A stretch of 64,000 nt of DNA from Nitrospirales bacterium (GTDB lineage Bacteria; Nitrospirota; Nitrospiria; Nitrospirales; UBA8639), in assembly GCA_963555755.3 (NCBI GenBank), contig OY820905.2, positions 1,888,001-1,952,000 on the forward strand, read 5' to 3'. Positions 20,308-29,842 of the stretch are shown here, in pieces; position 1 is the first letter of the stretch, and each line of letters begins with the position of its first letter. The notes beneath the pieces were generated by a model. It did no database searches and was not told the origin of the DNA. It saw only the letters and a program-made list of their open reading frames with translations. The position numbers and the translations under genes were made by a program.

Positions 20308-21393
20308 CTATGAAGGACGTTCGGGCTGACCCGAAGCGAGAGAAGAAGAAGATGGGGGTACTTGCGTGGATGATACCCAGCCGGTCTTGGCCAAAATTTC
20401 CATCACAAACGGGCAGCGACGCAGTCCCTCTGAAATACCATCTTGCGTCTGCATTTCCACGAACACCCGTGTTCCCAGAAAATAGCTATACCCAACCATT
20501 AACGCACACACCATCCCGGCTAATGTTGCGTATAGGCCAAGCTGATTCGCGCTCAGGTTCAATAAAAAGACCGCGACTCCCCATAGAACTAAATAGTATG
20601 TCAGGGCAAAAGTCAAACAGGGCCACACCCAAAATTGAACGCGTTCCCACCAAGATTGTGACCCGAGTCGTTCGGACCAATTGTGCTCGGGAAATTTGCC
20701 ATGGAGAAAGGCTAATTGCGCCAGGATTCCCGCAACCACCATGGAGAAAATGGCTTGTCCTATTCCGTTCACCCCCCACTCTCCTGCAACGCTGAACATC
20801 ATGGAGAACATGACCCCGGCCACAAGGCCGCCGCCGACCCATTGCGATACATGAAGGGGATCTCTTTGTAGCAACTCCCGAAATGGTTGGCCATTGGGAA
20901 AGGTCACCATCCGAGTGCCTTCAGACTCCAATCGAATCAGATGGCCGATCTCAAAGGCATCTCGCGCCACAGCCGTACAGGGAATAATCAACGCCATCAT
21001 CGCGGGGCCTTCTGGATGGAGCAGAAAATTGTAATTCACAAAAAGAGCGAGCAACGCCAGGACCAACAAGGACAACTGCATGCTATAGACACCGCCGATC
21101 CATCCGGCGATCCAAACCAATCGTTTCAACGAATCGCTCTTGAGGATACGACTCAACGCCTCTTTCCGCCCCATACCATACGCCCACAACGCCGTGAGCG
21201 TGGAAATCACACCACTGAAGGCCAATAACACAAAGGGATCTCCAAGAGGCAGAGGGTCTTTGAGTAATCGATACAGCAGAAAGGCAATGAACCCGGGTGC
21301 CAGCATGACCAGCCGTTTGCGCTTGCGCACCTCACGTTCCGTCACCGCGGCACTGAGTTGAGGAATGACTCGAAGGGCTAGTCGATGGAGCAT
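20308..21393 (-). CDS. Polytopic membrane protein, function unknown
   Basis: Multiple TM segments; start moved to ATG 21393 because the longer ORF begins in a heptamer repeat. Confidence 0.75.
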   Translation of the reverse strand: MLHRLALRVIPQLSAAVTEREVRKRKRLVMLAPGFIAFLLYRLLKDPLPLGDPFVLLAFSGVISTLTALWAYGMGRKEALSRILKSDSLKRLVWIAGWIGGVYSMQLSLLVLALLALFVNYNFLLHPEGPAMMALIIPCTAVARDAFEIGHLIRLESEGTRMVTFPNGQPFRELLQRDPLHVSQWVGGGLVAGVMFSMMFSVAGEWGVNGIGQAIFSMVVAGILAQLAFLHGKFPEHNWSERLGSQSWWERVQFWVWPCLTFALTYYLVLWGVAVFLLNLSANQLGLYATLAGMVCALMVGYSYFLGTRVFVEMQTQDGISEGLRRCPFVMEILAKTGWVSSTQVPPSSSSLASGQPERPS

Positions 21394-21409
21394 GGGTATC
21401 TCTATAAGA

Positions 21410-21510
21410 CGTGAAGCGTAATGCGTGATGCGTGATGCGAAATACAAAAGGAGTAAAGAATAGAACGTATCATATTTTTAACGCTTCACGGATCACGCTT
21501 CACGGATCAC
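21410..21510. repeat. Inverted pair of heptamer tandem repeats (CGTGA[AT]G / [AT]TCACG)
   Basis: cgtgaagcgtaatgcgtgatgcgtgatgcg ... acgcttcacggatcacgcttcacggatcacg; degenerate relative at ~63175-63228. Confidence 0.75.
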
Positions 21511-21986
21511 GAGGTCTTCGCGGCCATCCCAAAATAACGCGCCTTGATTTCTTCCATTAAGGCCACGGTCACCTCGGGCAACCCCCGATCTAATGCGGTT
21601 CGTTCCAATTCCACTCGCGCCATCGCACGAACTGGGGCCGGCACACGGGAAAGCCGACTTTCCGCATCAGGATGCCAAGACACCGTGCCTTGGTTCCTGG
21701 CTTCCGTCATCATCCCGGTGGAAATCAGGTTGATATGTTTTTGCCCGGCATAGGATTCGACTTCCTCCCGAACAAGCGGCTCAACATACGGCGGCAGCCG
21801 ATCTAAACAATGTTGCGCCTCATCGGTCCACACAGGGTGTTCGAATAAAGGAGAGGCATCTTGACCGTCTGTCTCTATGCCGAACGCAAATCCACATCCA
21901 GGACAGGCATAACGGATCAACGACTGGCCATCCTCCCATTCTTCAATTCGGTGAAGCTGAAAATCTGAACCGCAGGTACAGATCAT
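21507..21986 (-). CDS. Zn-ribbon plus two PCP-reductase-like (BchB C-terminal) helical domains
   Basis: CTCG...CPGCG; WTDEAQHCLDRLPPYV and WHPDAESRLSRVPAPVRAMAR repeats. Confidence 0.75.
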   Translation of the reverse strand: MICTCGSDFQLHRIEEWEDGQSLIRYACPGCGFAFGIETDGQDASPLFEHPVWTDEAQHCLDRLPPYVEPLVREEVESYAGQKHINLISTGMMTEARNQGTVSWHPDAESRLSRVPAPVRAMARVELERTALDRGLPEVTVALMEEIKARYFGMAAKTS

Positions 21987-21991
21987 GAACG

Positions 21992-22711
21992 CTACCCAAT
22001 CTTGCCAGGATACAAGATATACAGCATGGTATAGGTAAGGCTACCCGTTATAAATAGGACACAATATAATGCCACAGTAAACCGGCCCAAGATTTTATGG
22101 CGCCGGGCCCCATTTGGCCAAATGCGCTGGATGGTGATCTCAACTCCAAAGACGATCCCGACTAATATGAGCAAACCAAGATACACACTGAGTTTGCCCA
22201 AAGAAAAACCGGCGGTGGCTACCCGACTGAAAAATAATAACAACACCGCGACCGTGACCCCCCCGAAAATAATCCCGACCTTTCGCCAGGTGGTTTGAAG
22301 AAGGGCATCCTTCAACTTTCGTTGCCCTTCGATAAACGTTTGAGAGCGAAACCCCAGGACGATCATATAGATGGCCATGACGAGCCCAATCACCACCAAA
22401 CAAATGTGAAAGGTCAACAACGGGATAAACACGTTGTCATACAATTCCTTGGATCCACCAAAGCCCTCTTTTCCTTCAAAGGCCAACACGCCCAACTGCC
22501 GAAATAAATAGTAACTCGTGAAGAAAGCCAACATGGCCACCATACCGCCCAGCATCATCCAATGATGACCAGTTCCTCTTCCTTTTTTTGCCTGGAACCA
22601 CCCGACAATAAACAAGACGGTAAAGAAGGTCGCCATAAACTGACTCACATCCGCACCCATCGTGGCATGCGTCCCGGCAAAGCCCGGCGCTCGTAACCAT
22701 TCAGCCATCAA
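21992..22711 (-). CDS. DUF420-family membrane protein
   Basis: H..MM, HICLVVI and RHKILGR pattern in a polytopic protein next to oxidase genes. Confidence 0.75.
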   Translation of the reverse strand: MMAEWLRAPGFAGTHATMGADVSQFMATFFTVLFIVGWFQAKKGRGTGHHWMMLGGMVAMLAFFTSYYLFRQLGVLAFEGKEGFGGSKELYDNVFIPLLTFHICLVVIGLVMAIYMIVLGFRSQTFIEGQRKLKDALLQTTWRKVGIIFGGVTVAVLLLFFSRVATAGFSLGKLSVYLGLLILVGIVFGVEITIQRIWPNGARRHKILGRFTVALYCVLFITGSLTYTMLYILYPGKIG

Positions 22712-22729
22712 ATCATTCCTTTTCTATTA

Positions 22730-22847
22730 GGGCTGTTGAAAAAGGCCGCCAGCAAGGCCGCAGGGCTTTTGGCGCGCGGAGCGTACACCAAGTACGTGAG
22801 CACGACAAAAGACCGAGAACGCCGCTGGCGGGCTTTTTCAACAGCCC
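22730..22847. mobile_element. MITE-like family A copy
   Basis: gggctgttgaaaaag ... ctttttcaacagccc ends; core gcggagcgtac-N-gtacgtgagc, gagaacgccgctggcgg. Confidence 0.88.
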
Positions 22848-22850
22848 CCA

Positions 22851-23831
22851 TCATGCCTTTGTTCCCTGAACAATGGCTCGCGATTCTAATTCAGTCACAG
22901 ATTGAAACCCTGCGGTGGTCATCCATTCCATGGCTTCCTGCGTCGTGAAACAATCCCCGTGTTCGGTGTTCACCATAATATGCACAGCGAACGCCGTGGT
23001 CCAGGCGGGACTCGTTCGGTCTGGATCGAGAAACCGGTCCTTAATCACCAAGCGGCCATTCTCCTGTAAATGGGCAAACACCTTTTCCACCAACACTGCA
23101 TTCGTCTGGTGGTCTTGGTAATGAAGAATGTCGGACATTAACGCCACATCGTAGGGACCGCCCAATGGATCCGCATTGAAATCCCCAGGCTTCAACGAAA
23201 TTCGATCCTCCAATCCCACTTCCTTGATATAACGTTCGGTGACTCGCAAGGTTTGAGGTAAATCAAACACCGTGGCTTTCAGATGAGGATATTCCTGACA
23301 ACACGCAATCGCGTTGGTCCCTGCACCACCACCAATATCGACCAAGTGCTCTACTTCATCGAGTTGTAAATACTTCGCCAGATTAACTCCGCTCCCGCGA
23401 CCGATACGATCCAACACCGCTAACACATTGGCTCCCATTTCCGGATTGGTTTCGAATACATGTTGGCGAACCGGAGACGTTCCGGTACGAATGGTGTCTT
23501 CAATTTTTCCCCAATTCTCCCACTCGGAATCGTGAAGAATTAACAGGTTTCCAACATATTCAGGATTCGTCTTCACCAAGTACTGTTGGGCCACACTAGA
23601 ATTGGCAAATTGCCCATCATGCTTAGCTAGGACTCGCATCGCCACCAAGGCGTTCAATAATAAACTCAGGGACCGATCATTCAGAGTTAAGTGATTGGCT
23701 AGTTCAGAAGAAGAGAAAGAACGACGGTCTAAGGCTGAAAACAGATCCAACTTAATAGCCGTCAGGAGAATTTTTGTCTCCCAGTAATACCCCAACTGAA
23801 ATATTTCGGCGAGAGATAACTCGCGAGGCAC
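22851..23831 (-). CDS. SAM-dependent methyltransferase (O-methyltransferase fold with N-terminal dimerisation domain)
   Basis: LVDIGGGAG, VFDLP, GDF, MSDILHY. Confidence 0.88.
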   Translation of the reverse strand: MPRELSLAEIFQLGYYWETKILLTAIKLDLFSALDRRSFSSSELANHLTLNDRSLSLLLNALVAMRVLAKHDGQFANSSVAQQYLVKTNPEYVGNLLILHDSEWENWGKIEDTIRTGTSPVRQHVFETNPEMGANVLAVLDRIGRGSGVNLAKYLQLDEVEHLVDIGGGAGTNAIACCQEYPHLKATVFDLPQTLRVTERYIKEVGLEDRISLKPGDFNADPLGGPYDVALMSDILHYQDHQTNAVLVEKVFAHLQENGRLVIKDRFLDPDRTSPAWTTAFAVHIMVNTEHGDCFTTQEAMEWMTTAGFQSVTELESRAIVQGTKA

Positions 23832-23935
23832 AGTAAGTCCTTACTATTTCTAAACACAATGACCAAAACCAATGGGAAAGATGATATTAGCGGCCTGGAA
23901 TGGGCGAACGCAAGGAAGGGTGATGGGGTTTAAAT

Positions 23936-23971
23936 AAAAAAGGCAGCAACGGTTTCCCGCTGCTGTCTTTT
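23936..23971 (-). terminator. Probable rho-independent terminator
   Basis: aaaaaaggcagcaacgg-tttc-ccgctgctgtcttt hairpin downstream of the 23994 gene. Confidence 0.65.
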
Positions 23972-23993
23972 CATTATTTCACAAGAGAAAGGT

Positions 23994-24791
23994 TTATTTC
24001 CCTTTGAACTTATTTTTCTTTTTGATGTCAAAGTTCGCTTCAACCGTGGCACCGTCTTTGACTTCAACTTGCGCTTCCACATTTCCAGCCACGGGGTGCC
24101 AAGCTAGGACTTTGTGCTTGCCGGCTGGCACGTCTTTTATTTCAAACGTCCCGTCGCCACCGGACACACCAAAATGACCATTGGTCACAGGCAAGAACCA
24201 GGCTTGCATAAATTCATGCTGGTCACATTGCAAACGCAGAACGGAACCTTTCCTCGCCATACGCATCTTAATTTTCTTATCAAGCTTGTCACCCTTCCTG
24301 GCTAACCCAATATTGAACAAGGTGGAAGACTTGGCGCCGAGCACGTCAAAGCTATGAGGGTTATGCAACACACCGTCTTTGGACTTGGGATCATCGGGAT
24401 CGTTATCCATATTTTCAACCATAAAGTTCCCTTTGTTCACCAAGACACCAGTAAAGGGCAGAAACTCACACAGCTTGGCCTTCACATGAGGTTTATACTT
24501 AAACCCTTTATCCTTAATGCCACGAACGGACACGATGACATTTTTCAGCCCCTTGCTCCCATCCACTTCAACGTTTTTCAGCAAACGGGTGTCATCCCCT
24601 TTTTGACTAGGATTTTTTTTGCAGAAAGCTGGATTGGGAAATTTGGAAAACGCAAATTCTTTGTGAGGATGTGCTTTTCCAGAATACGTAATCTTACCTT
24701 TGATCGTTCCACCTGCCTGAGCAATCAGTGGAATTGCTACGAGCAATCCACCGAGCATCAGGGATACAATTAGGGATTGACGATTCCTCAT
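23994..24791 (-). CDS. Exported cupredoxin-like/carboxypeptidase-regulatory-like domain protein
   Basis: Signal peptide; LHNPH ... CDQHEFM; C-terminal GTFEIKDVPAGKHKVLAWHP; start ATG 24791 with GAGGAG RBS. Confidence 0.8.
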   Translation of the reverse strand: MRNRQSLIVSLMLGGLLVAIPLIAQAGGTIKGKITYSGKAHPHKEFAFSKFPNPAFCKKNPSQKGDDTRLLKNVEVDGSKGLKNVIVSVRGIKDKGFKYKPHVKAKLCEFLPFTGVLVNKGNFMVENMDNDPDDPKSKDGVLHNPHSFDVLGAKSSTLFNIGLARKGDKLDKKIKMRMARKGSVLRLQCDQHEFMQAWFLPVTNGHFGVSGGDGTFEIKDVPAGKHKVLAWHPVAGNVEAQVEVKDGATVEANFDIKKKNKFKGK

Positions 24792-25218
24792 AATCTCTCC
24801 TCCTCGTTGAGAATATAATGTTGTCCGTTTCGGGGGGGGAATAAAATCTGACGGCTTTTGGCTCCCTGGCCGCTTCACAATCGTATCACTGACACGGGCG
24901 GGAATGCTGTCAACTATTCCTAAAAAAGTACTCATTTTTGTATATAACAAGATGGCGTTTTTGGTGTCAAGTCAGCTTCCCTTAAGTGGCTTATTTCCTT
25001 GACCCTTTTGGGATTTCCACGAAAATGTGGACACTAAGATGACCTATCGACGGCCATTGGAATGGAATTTGAGGATTCACGAAGTCCCGCCATGACCTCT
25101 TCGAGATGCTCCCGCAAGGCTTCGGCATGTTGTATGGGGCTGGAGAAAGCTTGTCGGTACAAACATAGGCCTGGGAAGCCGTGGTCTGAGGAAATCTCAC
25201 ATCCCCCACGGACAGCTT

Positions 25219-25340
25219 GGGAATGTTCAAAAAAGTCCGTCCAGCAAGGCCGCAGCCCTTTTGACGCGCGGAGCGTACTCATAGTACGTGAGCACGGCAA
25301 AAGGGCGAGAACGCCGCTGGCGGCTTTTTTCAACATTCCC
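25219..25340. mobile_element. MITE-like family A copy (minimal form)
   Basis: gggaatgttcaaaaaag ... cttttttcaacattccc with the same internal core. Confidence 0.9.
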
Positions 25341-25841
25341 CGAAGAAATCGATTGATTCCCAGACCGGCACTTCCCACAGGCAAGGGACCAGACCTTCCC
25401 ACCACGAATTGAAGCACCAGCTTCGCTAGATCACGATACTCAGTTTTTTGAGTGACAAAAACAAATCCGAAAATACAAGGGCTCGCGAGGCATTCACTTT
25501 CACACCTTTGTAGGGAAACTTCAGAAGTCCATGGGATGTGGCATTCGGAGGACGATCAAAAAATCCTCCACCTTGCTTGTCTACAAGTTGATCCACCAAA
25601 TCGCGAACAATCTGTTCGGCCCGGTCCCGGCAGATCGAAAGACTTGTCGTCACATAGGCTTCGAGCAGCGCATCGGCGATCCACATCCGGTCCTCAAGCA
25701 GCCCAAATTCTTGTAACCGTCCCTCCCGAATCACATGGCCAGGCCTTTTCCGGATCGATATCGCTCCTCAAACAACCGATTAAGGGTTTTGAGAGCACAC
25801 TCCCGAATCCGTGCATCGCCAAACACTTGAGAGGCCTTTAA

Positions 25842-26270
25842 CCTAGAAACGGCAGTTGGGCGCAAAAAAGCCGTGTAAGATATTGGTGTGCATGATGAAA
25901 TACAAAAAGTCGTAGTCACCTCGGTGGTGATAAGACATTTTTGTATTTTATCAGGTGCGCTCAGGGTCCGTCACGAAATAACCGGGACAATTGGGAGGCC
26001 CAGATTTGTGATCGGGGCAAGGCGCGACGAGGGAGCAGAGCGGGGCTCTGTGACCGAGGAGCAACGCCGCCCCGGGCCAAAGATGGGCCTCCCCGCAGGG
26101 CCGGACGCTTTTGGGCTCCGCCGGCGTCGCTCATCGCTTCCATACTCCCGGTATGCGCGCTCTTCGCTCCTTGGCTCGCTCCAAAATCGTCTCGGCCAAT
26201 TGTCCCGGTTATTTCGTGACGGACCCTAAGAGCTTGCGCGGACTTTTGTGATCCAATTGCTGTTTCTAGG
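25842..26270. mobile_element. Non-autonomous element with CCTAGAAAC termini and 5-bp TTTAA target duplication (IS1380-like ends), carrying a nested MITE
   Basis: tttaa|cctagaaacggcagttgg ... ccaattgctgtttctagg|tttaa. Confidence 0.8.
25963..26227. mobile_element. MITE-like family C with 32-bp perfect TIRs
   Basis: agggtccgtcacgaaataaccgggacaattgg ... ccaattgtcccggttatttcgtgacggaccct; solo degenerate end at ~26307-26327. Confidence 0.88.
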
Positions 26271-26465
26271 TTTAAGTAGCTCTTGGCCATCAACCCATTC
26301 CATACTGGCTATTTCGTAACAGACCCTAACCTCGAATTCCGCAGTTGAAAATTGAAAGGGACGTGATTGGTAAAGCAACAACAATAGGGGAAATACCATC
26401 AAGAATGGGCAACTGCTGGATCGGGGAGGTACAGACTCACGAAAAACCTATTTCACCATCGTGTT

Positions 26466-26646
26466 AGGACCTGAGAGAAAATACCTTGAACCATATCGCG
26501 CCAAGATTTGGGTCGGATTTGGACGGAACGATTGAGAAACACCCGAGGCATAGCACAGCTATGTTGAGGGTGTTTCGATTGAGGCCCGTTCAAAGATGGC
26601 CCGAAGATTGGATGCGAGATGTCCAAGGTATTTTCTCTCAGGTCCT
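26466..26646. mobile_element. MITE-like family B copy 2 (opposite orientation to copy 1)
   Basis: aggacctgagagaaaataccttg ... caaggtattttctctcaggtcct; internal sequence is the reverse complement of copy 1. Confidence 0.9.
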
Positions 26647-28013
26647 TAGGTCTGAGGTGGTTGCGAAAGAATCCGGGCAATCGCCCCAGCAGCAGTCGCA
26701 CGAACGGATTCATTGGGATCTTTTAAGAGATTCTTGAGTTGAGGAATCACTTCTCTGCCAGCCACACGACCAAGAGACCGGGTTGCGGAAATTCGCGGCT
26801 TGGGTACGGGGTCATTCAACATCACAAGTAGTGTACCAACCACATCACGGGCTCTACCATGGGAAAGGGCTTTGGCCGCCAAGGAACGTAATCCCGGGTT
26901 TTGGTGTCCCATTAATTCCCGGACCGTATTTGCCACAATTCGAAAAGGGCTATTGAGTTGAAGAAGGCCCGCCACTGCGGCGGCTTTCACCCCCATATTC
27001 CGGTCATGTAAGGCTCTGGTCAGAGCGGGAATGGCATCCTCAGCTTGGAGTGTACCAAGAGTCACCGCAGCCACACTGCGCACAGCGGGCACGGGTTCAG
27101 ACAACGCTCCGATCAGTAGCGGCACACCTTCCAGAAGACCCAACTTTCCTAAGGAAGCCGCGGCGGCCGCCCGAATTGATGGCTGTTTATCCCGTAACCC
27201 CAACTCCAGCAGAGGCAATCCTCGCGGGTCTCCAATTTCGCCAATCATGCGCAACGCCGAGCCTCGCTCATACCCTTCTTTGACTTTCGTCGCGCGTTCG
27301 ACTCGTTCCCATTGCTCCTTTTGTCCCAAGCGATATAACGCTGCCGCGGCAGCAACCTGCACGGCTTCCTGCTTATCGGTGAGAAAGGGAGTGATGAGCG
27401 GAATTGTGGACTTATCACCCGAACGCCCAAAGGCTTTTAACACAGTCACCCGCACCAACCCAGCTTGATCATTCAGTGCACCACGAAACGATTCTGATTT
27501 GCGACCGGCAGAAAATTTCCCTATCCCCTCCACCACCAAGACTCGAAGAAAGCCAGATCCGTCACTCAAGCCATCCTGAAAATACGGGAGAGATTCGGGA
27601 GATTGCATTTCCTTTAAGGCTGAATACGCCGAGCCTCTGACTTGTTCTCGCATATCCGATCGAAACGGTAGAATGCTCTGGATCGCCATTTCACGAAGCA
27701 ACGCTTCATCATCTTTCCCAATGGCTTTGATGAATTGATCAAATACTTCGACGCCTTCTTTTGTCTTTTTCAGTCGCACCAAGCTCAATACTTTAAGACG
27801 GAAAGATTCCCGAGAGGCTGGTGACTGCTCAACCAGCGGGTCAACCAGCTCTAGGGTTTTGGGGAAATCGCTTTGAGCAAATGCCTGACCCGCCTGTTCC
27901 AAAATGTGAGCGCGAGAGGGTTCGGCTTTGGCTGGGGCGGTCCAGCTGCCCAGGAGCACACTTACGGCAAAGCCGAGAATCAGGCCGATCAACGTCATCC
28001 CTTTTATTCGCAT
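26646..28013 (-). CDS. Exported HEAT/PBS-lyase repeat protein
   Basis: Signal peptide; repeated LxD..xxVRxxAAxxLG units. Confidence 0.88.
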   Translation of the reverse strand: MRIKGMTLIGLILGFAVSVLLGSWTAPAKAEPSRAHILEQAGQAFAQSDFPKTLELVDPLVEQSPASRESFRLKVLSLVRLKKTKEGVEVFDQFIKAIGKDDEALLREMAIQSILPFRSDMREQVRGSAYSALKEMQSPESLPYFQDGLSDGSGFLRVLVVEGIGKFSAGRKSESFRGALNDQAGLVRVTVLKAFGRSGDKSTIPLITPFLTDKQEAVQVAAAAALYRLGQKEQWERVERATKVKEGYERGSALRMIGEIGDPRGLPLLELGLRDKQPSIRAAAAASLGKLGLLEGVPLLIGALSEPVPAVRSVAAVTLGTLQAEDAIPALTRALHDRNMGVKAAAVAGLLQLNSPFRIVANTVRELMGHQNPGLRSLAAKALSHGRARDVVGTLLVMLNDPVPKPRISATRSLGRVAGREVIPQLKNLLKDPNESVRATAAGAIARILSQPPQT

Positions 28014-28685
28014 TTATCCTTCCTTCTCTTGGATCCCGGTTGCTTCGAATTTTCTATACCCCAAAGGGGTTTCAAAAAAATAATCAGGCTGCTTGGATTG
28101 AATGACTCGATCATATTCTACTGACCAATCGCGGTCTTGACTGACTAATTTTAGCAACAACTGTCGTGATTCATCGACCCACTCATAGTAGGTTTCTTGA
28201 TGTCCGTTTCGATCCACACGCACATCATACAATGTCGCCGTTTGCTCCCCTACCATGGCATCCCCAATCCGCTTCCGAGCCACCTCCCCTTCGAGCCGAA
28301 CCGAAAAAGGGAGTATATGATCTGTCGTCAGGGGAACTGCCATCACGAGGCGTCGTTGCGATAAGATGTACCACACCTTTTGTTTATCCAACCGGACAAT
28401 GGTGACGGTGGCATAACCCAGATCGGTTTTTATTCCGGCAAGATGTTCAATGCGATACCGATCTTTTTTCACAAACAACTGGGCTTTTGACGATCGCTTC
28501 CCCTTCCGCCAGGTCAGTCGAGCCGAAAACTCCACATCGTGAGGAGACTTCATGCCAGACGATTCTCCAGCGAAAACTTTGTCGAAAGGAGAGGGTACTA
28601 TCAGAGAAAGAACACACAAACACACACGGAAAAGGACTGGATGCCACCCCGTCATATTCTTAGGGGGACCAATGGGACGCATCAC
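28014..28685 (-). CDS. Hypothetical exported protein (LolA/DUF4412-like beta fold possible)
   Basis: Signal-like N-terminus, beta-rich body, QPDYFFETPLGY tail; translationally adjacent to neighbours. Confidence 0.65.
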   Translation of the reverse strand: MMRPIGPPKNMTGWHPVLFRVCLCVLSLIVPSPFDKVFAGESSGMKSPHDVEFSARLTWRKGKRSSKAQLFVKKDRYRIEHLAGIKTDLGYATVTIVRLDKQKVWYILSQRRLVMAVPLTTDHILPFSVRLEGEVARKRIGDAMVGEQTATLYDVRVDRNGHQETYYEWVDESRQLLLKLVSQDRDWSVEYDRVIQSKQPDYFFETPLGYRKFEATGIQEKEG

Positions 28686-29582
28686 TTATTGACGCTCAAG
28701 AATGGGTTCAATGGTCAATTCACGCCCCAAAGCCGCTGGGGTAAATCGTGGGGGAGTGAGGACCGTAAGTGCGGTTTTTTTGCGACTGGGTGACGGCAAG
28801 TCAAAATCAACGGTCAACGCTCCGCCAGGCTCAATGATGACTTGTTGCTTAATGACCAACTTGATACTTGGATGCCACGCCCGAAGATCATAGGTGCCAG
28901 GAGGAATAGCTGGGATAGAAAAAAGTCCCTGTTCATCCGTGAGAACATAATACGGATTTTCAACTGCAATGGCCCAACTTTCCATATACGCATGAAAGCC
29001 ACATTGCATAACAAAGGTTCGTCGCTTCTTACTGAGCTGAAATAGACGAACTAAAGATTTCCCCGGCTTGTGGTCATGCATGGCATGGAGATTTCCACGC
29101 TGATGCCGTTGATTAAATGGCAAGGGAGAATTAAAGAGCACCCTTGTTCCCGTCACAATCGATGTTTCGTAGGCTTGAATATCATGCATCACAGGATCCA
29201 TGTTCACGACTTCGACACCATGCCCACTTCTCACAACAGTTGTAAAGGGTAGAAATCGACAATCCCGCGCTTCAACTCGCGGAACGGAAAGAGCAAACGG
29301 TTTGCCAGCTTGTACGCCTTCGAGTAAGACCACCACATGTTGTATTTGACGTTCTTCATTGACGAAAAAATCTCGAAGAAGACGCCACCCATGCCCATTG
29401 GAAATTCGTCCGCAGTACTCAGGGTCCGGAAAGATCACTAAATTATAGGCTTTGGGATCAGGCACCTGACCAGAAAGCGTCACGGTTCCCTGAACGGATC
29501 CACCATTTCCTACTTCTTGCACCTCATAGGACCAGGCAGAACATGGGAACAAGAACAGTGCGGTTATGAAAAAACGAATCAT
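28686..29582 (-). CDS. Exported cupredoxin-like/carboxypeptidase-regulatory-like domain protein
   Basis: YCGRIS, DCRFLP, MHDIQ, CGFHAYM, IPPGTYDLRAWHP; paralogue of the adjacent gene. Confidence 0.82.
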   Translation of the reverse strand: MIRFFITALFLFPCSAWSYEVQEVGNGGSVQGTVTLSGQVPDPKAYNLVIFPDPEYCGRISNGHGWRLLRDFFVNEERQIQHVVVLLEGVQAGKPFALSVPRVEARDCRFLPFTTVVRSGHGVEVVNMDPVMHDIQAYETSIVTGTRVLFNSPLPFNQRHQRGNLHAMHDHKPGKSLVRLFQLSKKRRTFVMQCGFHAYMESWAIAVENPYYVLTDEQGLFSIPAIPPGTYDLRAWHPSIKLVIKQQVIIEPGGALTVDFDLPSPSRKKTALTVLTPPRFTPAALGRELTIEPILERQ

Positions 29583-29629
29583 GAAATCTTCACCTTGGGA
29601 TCCGTGCAAAATGTAAATTGAACGGTTTT

Positions 29630-29837
29630 AAATTCGAAATCCGAATATCGAAATTCGAAACAAATCCGAAACCCAAAACTCAAATGTTTCAAACGGATCA
29701 TTCTGACTTATGCAGAATTGCGCCAAGACTGACCGTCTTCAGGCGTTTTTGTCATTTGCGATTTGGTCATTTGAATTTGTTTCGGATTTCGAGATTCGGA
29801 TTTCCCATTTGGGTTTCGATATTCGAGTTTCGGATTT
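29630..29837. repeat. Family E TCGAAAT-type inverted repeat, copy 2
   Basis: aaattcgaaatccgaatatcgaaattcgaaacaaatcc ... atttgtttcggatttcgagattcggattt. Confidence 0.85.
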
Positions 29838-29842
29838 CCCCA

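Larger units (their letters stand above)
25426..26308 (-). pseudogene. Fragment of a YyaL/DUF255 thioredoxin-domain (SSP411-like) gene, interrupted and frameshifted
   Basis: WNGLMAKSYL (26302-26273) joins KASQVFGDARIRECALKTL after removing 25842-26270; frameshift near 25738; continues GLLEDRMWIADALLEAY...GGGFFD. Confidence 0.7.

Noticed and set aside
26453..26737. Short ORFs through MITE families B and C (also 17567-17920, 25888-26293, 62982-63206)
   Set aside because: They coincide with inverted-repeat elements.
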